Part shown: piece after piece, positions 1 to 9,048 of the stretch
How positions within the stretch are numbered: position 1 is the first letter of the stretch
Layout of the letters: each line of letters opens with the position of its first letter
From: a virus
Length of the DNA: 64,000 nt
Reading direction: 5' to 3' (one strand)
IMG/VR virus record: IMGVR_UViG_3300045988_091501
Location: 46,226-110,225 of that record
Position numbers and translations under genes: made by a program
Notes under the pieces: model-generated
The model's input: the letters and a program-made list of their open reading frames with translations, nothing else
Database searches by the model: none
What the model was told of the DNA's origin: nothing

Positions 1-46
1 ACCGATTCAACAAGGACAATTTAGTTATAGTTAAAGGAGAAAAGAT

Positions 47-571
47 ATGATAACTTTAGGGTTAGATATGAGTAGTAAGAAAAGTGGTTATAGTCTTTTC
101 AATGATAAAGAATTAAAACTATACGGTCTTTGGGAAATACCTGAAGATATTACTGAATGGCGTGATAGAATTGTGTGGATGGGCAGACAGTTGGATAGTT
201 TTGTAAAGGAACACAAAGTAGACCAAGTGTTTGTAGAAGATGTTCCTTTGTCTATGGCTAATCCACAAACATTGAAAATTCTATCAGCATTACAAGGAAT
301 GATTATATCCGTGTGTATTCTTAATAATCTTAAAGTATCATTTATTGGAGTGTCACAATGGAGAAGTGCTCTAGGATTATTTACAGGCACAACAAAAGGC
401 ATGACAAGAGCAGAAATGAAGAAATCAAGTATTGAATATGCTAATAAGACATTTGATTTAGATTTGGTATGGAAGAGTAAGACAAGCAAGTTTAATCAAG
501 ATGACTCTAGTGATGCGATAAATGTGGCTTGGTCACAGTTGATTGATAAGAAACAATTTGGTCGGAGGTGA
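47..571 (+). CDS. RuvC-like Holliday junction resolvase
   Basis: 174-aa ORF with aaaggag RBS. N-terminal ITLGLDMSSKKSGYS, VFVEDVP and C-terminal DDSSDAINVAW acidic motifs are typical of RuvC-type phage resolvases. Confidence 0.65.
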   Translation: MITLGLDMSSKKSGYSLFNDKELKLYGLWEIPEDITEWRDRIVWMGRQLDSFVKEHKVDQVFVEDVPLSMANPQTLKILSALQGMIISVCILNNLKVSFIGVSQWRSALGLFTGTTKGMTRAEMKKSSIEYANKTFDLDLVWKSKTSKFNQDDSSDAINVAWSQLIDKKQFGRR

Positions 572-575
572 TTAG

Positions 576-3500
576 ATGGCTTTACAAGATTTTACACTTA
601 ATTTAAAAGCCAATGCTGATGCTTTAGACCAATCAATTAAAAAAGTTACGGATAGGACTTATACAGTTAAATTAAAACCTGATGGTAGTTCTATTAGAAC
701 ATTAACTCAAGACGTTACAAGTGCTGATGGTAAATTACAAGGTTTAGTTAAGACCATGACTAAATTTGATGCACAAGGAAGAGAATTAAATACAACTATT
801 ACTCAAAGTGCAAAATATGTTAAAACATGGGGTCAAGAATTTAGTGATTCATTCGGCAAGGTCTTGAGATTCGGTACAATTACGGCTATTATTGGAGCTT
901 TTACGAAAGCTATGTATGAAGCTGTTGATGTTGTAAAAGAATTTGATGATGCTATAACTGATTTAAGAAAAGTTTCTGATTTAGAAGGTCAAGCATTAGA
1001 TGATTATACGAAAAAACTAGGAGAATTAGGAGAAACCGTTGCGAGGACGAGAGTTGAGATGGTTCAAAATGCAACGATTTTCAAACAAGCTGGTTACTCT
1101 GATGACGATGCGGCAACATTGGCTAGAGTAGCTGCCCTCTATCAGAACGTAGCGGATTCAGAGGTATCTGCTCAAGAGGCAGGACAGTTTGTTGTATCAC
1201 AACTTAAAGCGTATGGATTAGCCGCTTCTGATGCCGCTAGTATTGTTGATAAGTTAAATGCTGTATCTAATAATTATTCCGTTTCTAACAGTGATTTAGC
1301 GATTGGTTTAACTAAATCAGCCGCCGCATTGCAGACATTAGGAAATACACAAGATGAAGTCATGGGCTTATTAACGGCTGGTACTGAACAGCTTACAGGT
1401 CAAGCATCCAAAGTTGGTAAGGGATTACAAACAATCGGTATCAATATTGCACAAGTAGCAACAGAAGCAGGAGAACTATCATATGAAGTAGGAAATACTA
1501 CAAAGACAATTTCTTTATTAGACGAAGCCACTGGTGATATGCGCTCCACTTTTGATGTTCTTAGCGATATTGTAAAAGATTGGAATAGTATGACCGATGC
1601 TCAACAAACTGCAATATCAAATGCTTTGGCTGGTAAGACGAGATTCGATGTGTTCGCCGCAGTTATGACCCGTTTTGACGATGCAATATCAGCTACTACA
1701 ACATCTATGAAGTCATTTGGCAGTGCAGAAGAAGAAAATGCAAAATACATGGAAAGTATGTCTGCTAAAATTGCTTTATTAAAGCAACAATTTCAAGAGC
1801 TTGTATTGGGTGATGGCGGTCTTGAAAAAGTAGGCAAGATATTTTTAGACTTAGGCATAAATACATTAAAATTAGTTAATGATTTAGGTGGTCTTAAAAC
1901 TGTATTAGTTGCGTTAGTTGGTGTAATTGCCACAATAAAGGCTGATTCAGTATTAAACGGATTAACAAAAATAACAAATATTATTCCTAATTTAATAGCA
2001 AATGTTGGCAAATTGGGAACAGTGTTTAATCTTATTGTATCTTCCCAAATTGATGAAGCATTATCTGGTGGTGCTATTCAAGCAATGTCTTTATCTCAGG
2101 CATTGCAAGCGGCTGGTGTCTCTGCTAGTGTAGCTCAAATTGCAATAGGGGGTTTATTTGCGGTATTAACTGCTGGTATTGCTATATATAGTCGTTTAAA
2201 ACAAGAGCAAGAACAAGCAACACAAAATGCTATTGACAGTGCAAATAGTTTTAAATCATATAGTGATACATTAGGTAATACTTTAAGTAAAATACAAAGT
2301 GAATCTACAACAAAATCACAACTTCTTGAAATCAATAAATCATTAAATGATTCTTATGATAATGAATCTGAAAAATTAAAAGATATAAATGATTTAAGGG
2401 CTGAGAATGTTGAGCTATTACATCAAGAGGCAGTTGCTAGAGCAGAACAAACTCAACATGAAATTGGAGCAGAAGCAACAAAACAAAGAAGATATTTACA
2501 ATCTTCTAATATAGGTCAAGAATCTGATTATGAAAGGGTAGAAGGATTAACAGGAACTCCAGAAGAAAGACTTAAAAAGGCAACTGGATCATTAAAAGAA
2601 TTTGAAGCAAATCAAGAAAATTTAAGTAATGCTGAATTGAGAAGATATTCCGCTTTAAGTTCTTATTATAATAAATTAAGTGCCGATGTTGAAAATGCTA
2701 AGAATGTTGTAGAAACTTATGATGAGGCACAAAAAATAGCCAACTCATCAACAGATGAATGGTCTAAAACAGTACAAGAAAATTCAGCAGAATTAGAAAA
2801 TCAAGGAAGCCAAGTTCAATTCACTGATGAAGAAATACAACAATATGCAGATGATATGGGTATTTCTTTTGAGGAAGCTAAAGATCAATTAAAAAGTTTC
2901 AATGGTGGAATTGATGATACCGCTACAGATATTGATAAATTAGCGAAATCAATAGGTGTATCAGTAGACGAACTTCAAAATTTTGCTGATACAATGGGTC
3001 TTTCTATTGACAGTGCGGCAGAAATCCTTCCTAGATTCAACGAATGGAATGAAGCTGTTGATGATATTCAATCATCTTATGAAGTTTTAACTCAGGCAGT
3101 TGAGGAATATAATGAACAAGGTGGCTATACCACTGATACTCTACAACAACTATTAGCTTTAGACCCAGCTTATCTTGCGGCTTTACAAGAAGAAAATGGT
3201 CAATTAACAATCAATACACAAATGTTAATGACTAAAGTGCAAGCACAAGCAGAAGAAGCTAAACAAATCATTTATAATACTGCAATAGAAAAATTAAATG
3301 CTGTTGCTAGTGGTGAAGCCGGTAATGCTACGGAGACAGCAGGGCAACAACATAATAATGCTGTAGCTGGAATTGATGCTGAAACTGGTTCATTAAATGA
3401 AAATACTAAAGCTAAACTAGCTAACGCAGTGGCAGAAGCTAGAGGTCGTGGAGGCGGTGCGTCTGAGGGTGAAATAAACAAAATTTTGTCTGAGATGACC

Positions 3501-4817
3501 AATCAATTAAAAGCGGTTGACAATTGGGCGAATACTACTGCGAAAAATTTCTCTAAAGGTATGGGAAAAGCCGCAAAAGCTACAAACAAAGCTACCAAAG
3601 CCGTTAAAGAACAGAAATCTGCCACAGAGACTTTAAAGGATAAATACAAGACAGTAATCGACTTTATCATAAAACAATATGACAAACAGATTGATAAGAT
3701 AAAAGAAGCTAAAGATGCCGCAATTAAATCTGTAGAATCCCAAATCAAGGCTCTTGAAAAGGAGAAGGATTCTAAGGTCAAGGCTATTGATGCTGAGATT
3801 ACTGCTTTGCAACGTGAGCGTGATGCAAGAGAAAAGTATTGGCAAGACCAACTTGACAAACTTGAAAAAGAAAATGATGAACGTGAACGGAACATTGCTT
3901 TACAAGAGAAACAACAAGCATTAGCATTAGCCCAACAAACTAATGTCATGGTGCTTAAAGATGGTCAATTTCAATATACACAAGATGAAAGTGCTGTTGC
4001 TGGTGCTGAACAAGATTTAGCACAACAAGAAGACCAAAATGAATATGAACGTCAAAAAGAACTCATTGAAGAACTTAGAGATACAGAACTTGAATGGTAT
4101 GATGAGCGTATTCAATCCTTAGAAGATTATAAAGATCAAGTTGAAGAGTATTATGAGAATCAGATTGAGCAACTTGAAGAATACAAAGAATATCTTGAAG
4201 AATATTATGAAGCTCAAATTGAAGCATTAAAAGCCGAAAAAGATGCTGTCAACGAAACACTTGAAGAAGGTGTGGCTAACCAACAAGAATATTGGGATAA
4301 GATGAAGGAGCAGTTACAATCTTTTGTCGAAGAATGGAACGCTTTAGTTGGTGGAATGACATTCCCTAATATAAGTGGAAGTGGTATTAGTTTAAGTGCT
4401 GTCGGTGGTAAGATTTCTGCTTCAATGAACGGTAAATCCACAGGTGATAACAAAGTATCCGCTTATGCAAGTGGTAAAGGTTCAATCGGTGATTCTGAAA
4501 TTGCTGTTGTAGGAGAAAATCCTAAGTATCGTGAACTTGTAATCGGTTCTAAGCTGAACAATGACCAAGGTGTTGTAATGAATTTGAAACGTGGTAGCGG
4601 TGTTGTTAATGCTGGTACAACAAACACACTTGCTAGTATATTCAATTCATTAAACGGTCAAAAGTCAGTTGGTCAACCTGTAAGCAATAGTAATCAATCT
4701 ATGAGTATTCAGATAGGCTCAATTAATTTACCAGAAGTAAAAGATGGTCAAGGATTTATTGATTATTTACAGAACTTTAGTGCAGATATTACACAACAAT
4801 CATTTAGAAGAGCATAG
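576..4817 (+). CDS. tail tape measure protein (TP901-type core)
   Basis: 1413 aa. Core region DAITDLRKVSD...NATIFKQAGYS...LAIGLTKSAAALQTLG resembles the TP901-family TMP core. Followed by TM segments and a long E/K/Q coiled coil. Confidence 0.85.
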   Translation: MALQDFTLNLKANADALDQSIKKVTDRTYTVKLKPDGSSIRTLTQDVTSADGKLQGLVKTMTKFDAQGRELNTTITQSAKYVKTWGQEFSDSFGKVLRFGTITAIIGAFTKAMYEAVDVVKEFDDAITDLRKVSDLEGQALDDYTKKLGELGETVARTRVEMVQNATIFKQAGYSDDDAATLARVAALYQNVADSEVSAQEAGQFVVSQLKAYGLAASDAASIVDKLNAVSNNYSVSNSDLAIGLTKSAAALQTLGNTQDEVMGLLTAGTEQLTGQASKVGKGLQTIGINIAQVATEAGELSYEVGNTTKTISLLDEATGDMRSTFDVLSDIVKDWNSMTDAQQTAISNALAGKTRFDVFAAVMTRFDDAISATTTSMKSFGSAEEENAKYMESMSAKIALLKQQFQELVLGDGGLEKVGKIFLDLGINTLKLVNDLGGLKTVLVALVGVIATIKADSVLNGLTKITNIIPNLIANVGKLGTVFNLIVSSQIDEALSGGAIQAMSLSQALQAAGVSASVAQIAIGGLFAVLTAGIAIYSRLKQEQEQATQNAIDSANSFKSYSDTLGNTLSKIQSESTTKSQLLEINKSLNDSYDNESEKLKDINDLRAENVELLHQEAVARAEQTQHEIGAEATKQRRYLQSSNIGQESDYERVEGLTGTPEERLKKATGSLKEFEANQENLSNAELRRYSALSSYYNKLSADVENAKNVVETYDEAQKIANSSTDEWSKTVQENSAELENQGSQVQFTDEEIQQYADDMGISFEEAKDQLKSFNGGIDDTATDIDKLAKSIGVSVDELQNFADTMGLSIDSAAEILPRFNEWNEAVDDIQSSYEVLTQAVEEYNEQGGYTTDTLQQLLALDPAYLAALQEENGQLTINTQMLMTKVQAQAEEAKQIIYNTAIEKLNAVASGEAGNATETAGQQHNNAVAGIDAETGSLNENTKAKLANAVAEARGRGGGASEGEINKILSEMTNQLKAVDNWANTTAKNFSKGMGKAAKATNKATKAVKEQKSATETLKDKYKTVIDFIIKQYDKQIDKIKEAKDAAIKSVESQIKALEKEKDSKVKAIDAEITALQRERDAREKYWQDQLDKLEKENDERERNIALQEKQQALALAQQTNVMVLKDGQFQYTQDESAVAGAEQDLAQQEDQNEYERQKELIEELRDTELEWYDERIQSLEDYKDQVEEYYENQIEQLEEYKEYLEEYYEAQIEALKAEKDAVNETLEEGVANQQEYWDKMKEQLQSFVEEWNALVGGMTFPNISGSGISLSAVGGKISASMNGKSTGDNKVSAYASGKGSIGDSEIAVVGENPKYRELVIGSKLNNDQGVVMNLKRGSGVVNAGTTNTLASIFNSLNGQKSVGQPVSNSNQSMSIQIGSINLPEVKDGQGFIDYLQNFSADITQQSFRRA

Positions 4818-4823
4818 ATTTTG

Positions 4824-4843
4824 AGGGGTTGAAACATACCCCT
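4824..4843 (+). terminator. weak hairpin after tape measure gene
   Basis: aggggt-N8-acccct stem directly after the stop codon. The downstream T-run is poor. Confidence 0.3.
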
Positions 4844-4868
4844 TGTACATATTAAGGAGGGCATTTGT

Positions 4869-5333
4869 ATGTCTATGGAAAAAGATAAAATTGCCTATGA
4901 GCAGTTATTACAAGGTATTCAATCATATGTCAATAAATGCCTTGAAGAAAGTAACCGAGATATTACAACAACAGGTAAGATTGTAGAGGTTGTTGAAGAT
5001 GGTGGTTACACAGTTGAAATAAATGGAGTACAGTATTCAGATATTGATACAATAGGTGGAGAATGTACTTTAAATGAAATGGTCAAAGTAGTTATACCAC
5101 AAGGTCAATATAACAATATGTTTATATTAAAAGGTGGTAGCGGTAGTAGTGGAAGTGTTACTCCAACTCCTAGTGTAAGTAGAGTATCAAGCGTAAATGG
5201 TAAAACGGGCGATGTTACACTTAATTATAATGACGTTGGAGCATTACCAAACAGCTATAAAACTAAACTAGACTTATGGGATTTAATAGTTAATACTGAT
5301 GGTAGTTTGACTTTACAATATAATGGAGGTTGA
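4869..5333 (+). CDS. hypothetical structural protein
   Basis: 154-aa ORF with aaggaggg RBS, in the late operon between the TMP and the fibre. Confidence 0.6.
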   Translation: MSMEKDKIAYEQLLQGIQSYVNKCLEESNRDITTTGKIVEVVEDGGYTVEINGVQYSDIDTIGGECTLNEMVKVVIPQGQYNNMFILKGGSGSSGSVTPTPSVSRVSSVNGKTGDVTLNYNDVGALPNSYKTKLDLWDLIVNTDGSLTLQYNGG

Positions 5334-5335
5334 CA

Positions 5336-8300
5336 ATGGCTCAAATTATTGACTTATTGAAAAATACAAGTTTTGAAGATAAAATGGACTTATTAATTAA
5401 AGCTATTTTAAAAGGAGAAAATTGGGATTATACCAAATTAGATAATAAACCTAGTATCAATGGTAATACACTTGAAGGAAATAAAACTAATGCGCAATTA
5501 GGTATTCCTACTAAAACAAGTGACTTAACTAACGATAGTTGGTTTGTATCAGATAAAAATTATGTTCATACAGATAATAATTATACAGATTTAGACAAAA
5601 TAAGTGTTTCATTGGTTAAAGATAAAGTTGACAAAATAGATGGTAAAGGTCTGTCTACAAATGACCTTACAGATGAGTTAAAAGCTGATTATGATGATGC
5701 CGTATTACAAGCTCACACACATAGCAATAAAACTATTTTAGATAATACTACTGCTAGTTATATAACAGAAGAAAAAACAAAGTTAAGTGGTATTGAGAAC
5801 AATGCACAAAAGAACACTGTAATAGGTGTTAAAGGTGAAGTTGAAACCGATTATAGAGTTGGCAATGTAAATATCACAAAGAAAAACATAGGTCTTGGAA
5901 ATGTTGCCAATGAACGTCAATGGTCTGCAACTAATCACCCTACTACAATGAGCGGTTATGGTATCACTGATGGAGCAAGTATCACAGATTATAATACATT
6001 AAAAGGTCGTGTAGGTACTAATGAAGATAACATTGCTATGTTAGATAGTGATGTCGAAGGTCTAACTACAGATGTAGACACGTTGAAAACTGATATGACT
6101 ACTGTTAAAGGTGCTGTAACTACAATTCAAGGTAATTATGTACCTAAGACAAGAAAGGTTAATGGGAAGGCTTTAAGTGCTGATATTACATTAGTGGCAA
6201 GTGATGTTAAAGCAATTCCTACAAGTCAAAAAGGTACGGCTAATGGTGTTGCTGAATTAGATGCAAATGGACTTGTGCTTAGTTCTCAACTTCCAAGCTA
6301 TGTCGATGACGTACTTGAATATGATACAAAGACAGATTTCCCCACAAATGGCGAAAGCGGAAAGATTTATATAGCAACTGACACAAATTTACAATATAGA
6401 TGGACTGGAACACAATATGTTGAAATTAGTTCTAGCCTTGCTTTAGGTGAAACAAGTTCAACTGCTTATCGTGGCGATAGGGGTAAAATAGCTTATGACC
6501 ATAGCCAAAAAACAAGTGGAAACCCACATAAGGTTACGAAAGGTGATGTGGGATTAAGTAATGTTCCTAATGTTACTACAAATGACCAAGCTCCAACTTT
6601 TACAGAATCGACAACTTTAACAAAACTTACAAGTGGCGAAAAATTGTCTGTAGCTTTTGGTAAAATTTCTAAAGCCATTACAGATTTAATCAATCATATT
6701 GCGAATAAAAATAATCCACATAAAGTAACTAAAACACAAGTAGGATTAGGTAGCGTAGGCAACTTTAAAGCAGTATCTACAGTTGCTTCACAAGGATTAA
6801 CCGACACAGAGAAAGCCAATGCTAGAACAAATATAGGAGCTGGAACAAGTAATTTTAGTGGTTCTTATGATAATCTTACAAACAAGCCAACTACTTTTCC
6901 TCCTTCAGAACATAATCATGATGACAGGTATTATACTGAATCTGAAATAGATGAAAAATTAAATGCTAAAGTAGATAACTCTGCTACTGGTGCTGACTTA
7001 TTGTTGTCAAAAATTACGAATAGTTGGACTAATACGATTACAGATAACACATATTTTATTAGACAACATATTGATGGAGCAAATAAATTTGGCAGAGTTA
7101 AATTTTCTGAGTTATGGACATATATAAAAGGAAAACTTGCTAGTGTTGCTACTAGCGGATCTTATAATGATCTATCTGACAAACCAACTTTCTTAGCTGG
7201 TGGTTCACAAACAACAACATCAACCGCTGACAGTGGAAGTAATGTATTTACTTTTACAAAATCAGATGGAACAAATGCAACTTTTACAGTTAAGAACGGT
7301 AGCAAAGGTTCAACTGGCGCAAATGGTACTTCTGCTGGTTTTGGAACTCCTACCGCTAGTATAGATGACAATATAGGCACTCCAAGTGTAACAGTTACAG
7401 CTACGGGAACAAATACAGCTAAAGTGTTCAATTTTTCATTTAAGAACCTTAAAGGTGCAAATGGTAACGATGGTACGAATGGCAAAGATGGTAAAGGAAT
7501 TTCTTCTTACGCCATTACATATCAAGCATCTTCAAGTGGTACAACGATTCCAACTGGGACATGGATCACTTCAGTACCTACTGTAAGTGCAGGACAATAT
7601 TTATGGACAAGAACAATTTTAACATATACAGATGACACTACAAGCACCTCTTATTCTGTTGGCAGAAATGGAACGAATGGTTCTAATGGTACAAGTGCGG
7701 GATTTGGCACACCGACTGCTACTGTTGATGCTAATGTTGGAACTCCAAGTGTAACAGTAACCGCAAGTGGTTCTAATACTGCTAAAGTATTTAACTTTGC
7801 TTTCAAGAATCTTAAAGGAAACACAGGTGCAACGGGTACTAGAGGTTCAGTAATTAATTATGGAACGGCTATTACGGGAACTTCAACAACTGCTACTGTA
7901 TTTTCGGGTTCTGGGTTGTCATCTTCTTTAGTTAATGATATGTATATTAATACTTCTACATTTTATTTATATAGATGTACTGTTGCTGGAAATGCGGCTA
8001 ATGCTAAATGGGTGTATGTAGGAAGTATTAAAGGTGAAAAAGGTGCAAATGGTGTAACACCAACAATTAAAGCCGCCGCTGGTGCAAACATAGGTGCGGT
8101 TGGTACTCCAAGTGTTACCGCAAGCACAAGTGGTACTACTACTACTTTTACTTTTAATAATCTCAAAGGTGAAAAGGGTACAAATGCAACTACTACCGCA
8201 ACTGGTACTGCAACTACTGCTGGATTAACAAAACTTTACACAGGCACAGGCACGGCAACTGATGGAACTATGACACAATCAGCAATAAGCAATAAATTAA

Positions 8301-9031
8301 ATAATAAAGCGCAAAGTGTTGTATTGACACCAGACTCTAATCTAAATAGTATTACAACACCCGGATTTTATAGTTGTGGTGGTGGAAATTCAATATCTAA
8401 TAAACCATCTGGTGTAGATGCTATAGGACTTATTGTTGTTCATAACGCAAGTGGGTCATATTATACACAGATTTTAACAAATTCGACTGACTTAAACACT
8501 TATAGACGAATGTGCCATAATGGCACTTGGAGCAATTGGACACAGGACATATATACCGATACAAACACTTGGAAAGCTAATAGTTTATCATCTGAGGGAT
8601 ATGTTGCTAAAGGATCTGGTCAAGCAAATAAAGTTTGGAAAACTGATGCTAATGGCAACCCTGCGTGGAGAAATGATGATAATACAACTTATAAAGATGC
8701 TACAACTTCTGCTCATGGCTTGATGACTGCTACTATGGTGACGAAGCTTAATGGCATCGCCGAAGGAGCTAATAAGACTACTGTAGATTCTACATTAGAT
8801 AGTACATCTACAAATCCAGTTCAAAACAAAGTTATCCATCATGCTTTAAATAATAAACTTTCAACAGATGGAACAGCGGTTAAAGCAACAGCAGATGCAA
8901 ATGGTAATACTATAACAACTTCTTATGCAAGCACCATAGAAATTAATGGTAGTAAATTAATATTAAAATCAAAGAGTGGAGCAACATTAAAGACTATAAC
9001 ATTACCAAGCTCACAACCTACATGGAGTTAA
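5336..9031 (+). CDS. tail fibre / receptor-binding protein with repeated modules
   Basis: ATG at 5336 lies 6 nt after GGAGG (the track start 5330 is TTG). Contains NPHKVTK repeats, a short collagen-like GANGNDGTNGKDGKG, three Ig-like repeats and a T/S/G/N-rich composition. Confidence 0.7.
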   Translation: MAQIIDLLKNTSFEDKMDLLIKAILKGENWDYTKLDNKPSINGNTLEGNKTNAQLGIPTKTSDLTNDSWFVSDKNYVHTDNNYTDLDKISVSLVKDKVDKIDGKGLSTNDLTDELKADYDDAVLQAHTHSNKTILDNTTASYITEEKTKLSGIENNAQKNTVIGVKGEVETDYRVGNVNITKKNIGLGNVANERQWSATNHPTTMSGYGITDGASITDYNTLKGRVGTNEDNIAMLDSDVEGLTTDVDTLKTDMTTVKGAVTTIQGNYVPKTRKVNGKALSADITLVASDVKAIPTSQKGTANGVAELDANGLVLSSQLPSYVDDVLEYDTKTDFPTNGESGKIYIATDTNLQYRWTGTQYVEISSSLALGETSSTAYRGDRGKIAYDHSQKTSGNPHKVTKGDVGLSNVPNVTTNDQAPTFTESTTLTKLTSGEKLSVAFGKISKAITDLINHIANKNNPHKVTKTQVGLGSVGNFKAVSTVASQGLTDTEKANARTNIGAGTSNFSGSYDNLTNKPTTFPPSEHNHDDRYYTESEIDEKLNAKVDNSATGADLLLSKITNSWTNTITDNTYFIRQHIDGANKFGRVKFSELWTYIKGKLASVATSGSYNDLSDKPTFLAGGSQTTTSTADSGSNVFTFTKSDGTNATFTVKNGSKGSTGANGTSAGFGTPTASIDDNIGTPSVTVTATGTNTAKVFNFSFKNLKGANGNDGTNGKDGKGISSYAITYQASSSGTTIPTGTWITSVPTVSAGQYLWTRTILTYTDDTTSTSYSVGRNGTNGSNGTSAGFGTPTATVDANVGTPSVTVTASGSNTAKVFNFAFKNLKGNTGATGTRGSVINYGTAITGTSTTATVFSGSGLSSSLVNDMYINTSTFYLYRCTVAGNAANAKWVYVGSIKGEKGANGVTPTIKAAAGANIGAVGTPSVTASTSGTTTTFTFNNLKGEKGTNATTTATGTATTAGLTKLYTGTGTATDGTMTQSAISNKLNNKAQSVVLTPDSNLNSITTPGFYSCGGGNSISNKPSGVDAIGLIVVHNASGSYYTQILTNSTDLNTYRRMCHNGTWSNWTQDIYTDTNTWKANSLSSEGYVAKGSGQANKVWKTDANGNPAWRNDDNTTYKDATTSAHGLMTATMVTKLNGIAEGANKTTVDSTLDSTSTNPVQNKVIHHALNNKLSTDGTAVKATADANGNTITTSYASTIEINGSKLILKSKSGATLKTITLPSSQPTWS
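7325..8179 (+). repeat. three copies of a 33-47-aa module inside the fibre gene
   Basis: 7325-7465 (GTSAGFGTPTASIDDNIGTPSVTVTATGTNTAKVFNFSFKNLKGANG), 7688-7828 (GTSAGFGTPTATVDANVGTPSVTVTASGSNTAKVFNFAFKNLKGNTG) and a partial copy at 8081-8179. Confidence 0.8.
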
Positions 9032-9048
9032 TAAAGGAGGAAAATTAA

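Noticed and set aside
88-489. Antisense track ORFs inside long genes (for example 88-489, 1793-2011, 3272-3949, 4214-4645, 6493-6693, 7162-7485, 7963-8166, 10887-11099, 12124-12309, 14024-14227, 15751-15954, 17005-17232, 17754-17969 and many + strand ORFs inside minus-strand genes).
   Set aside because: They lie entirely within and opposite to much longer ORFs with recognisable products. They lack SD sequences and have low-complexity compositions typical of shadow frames.
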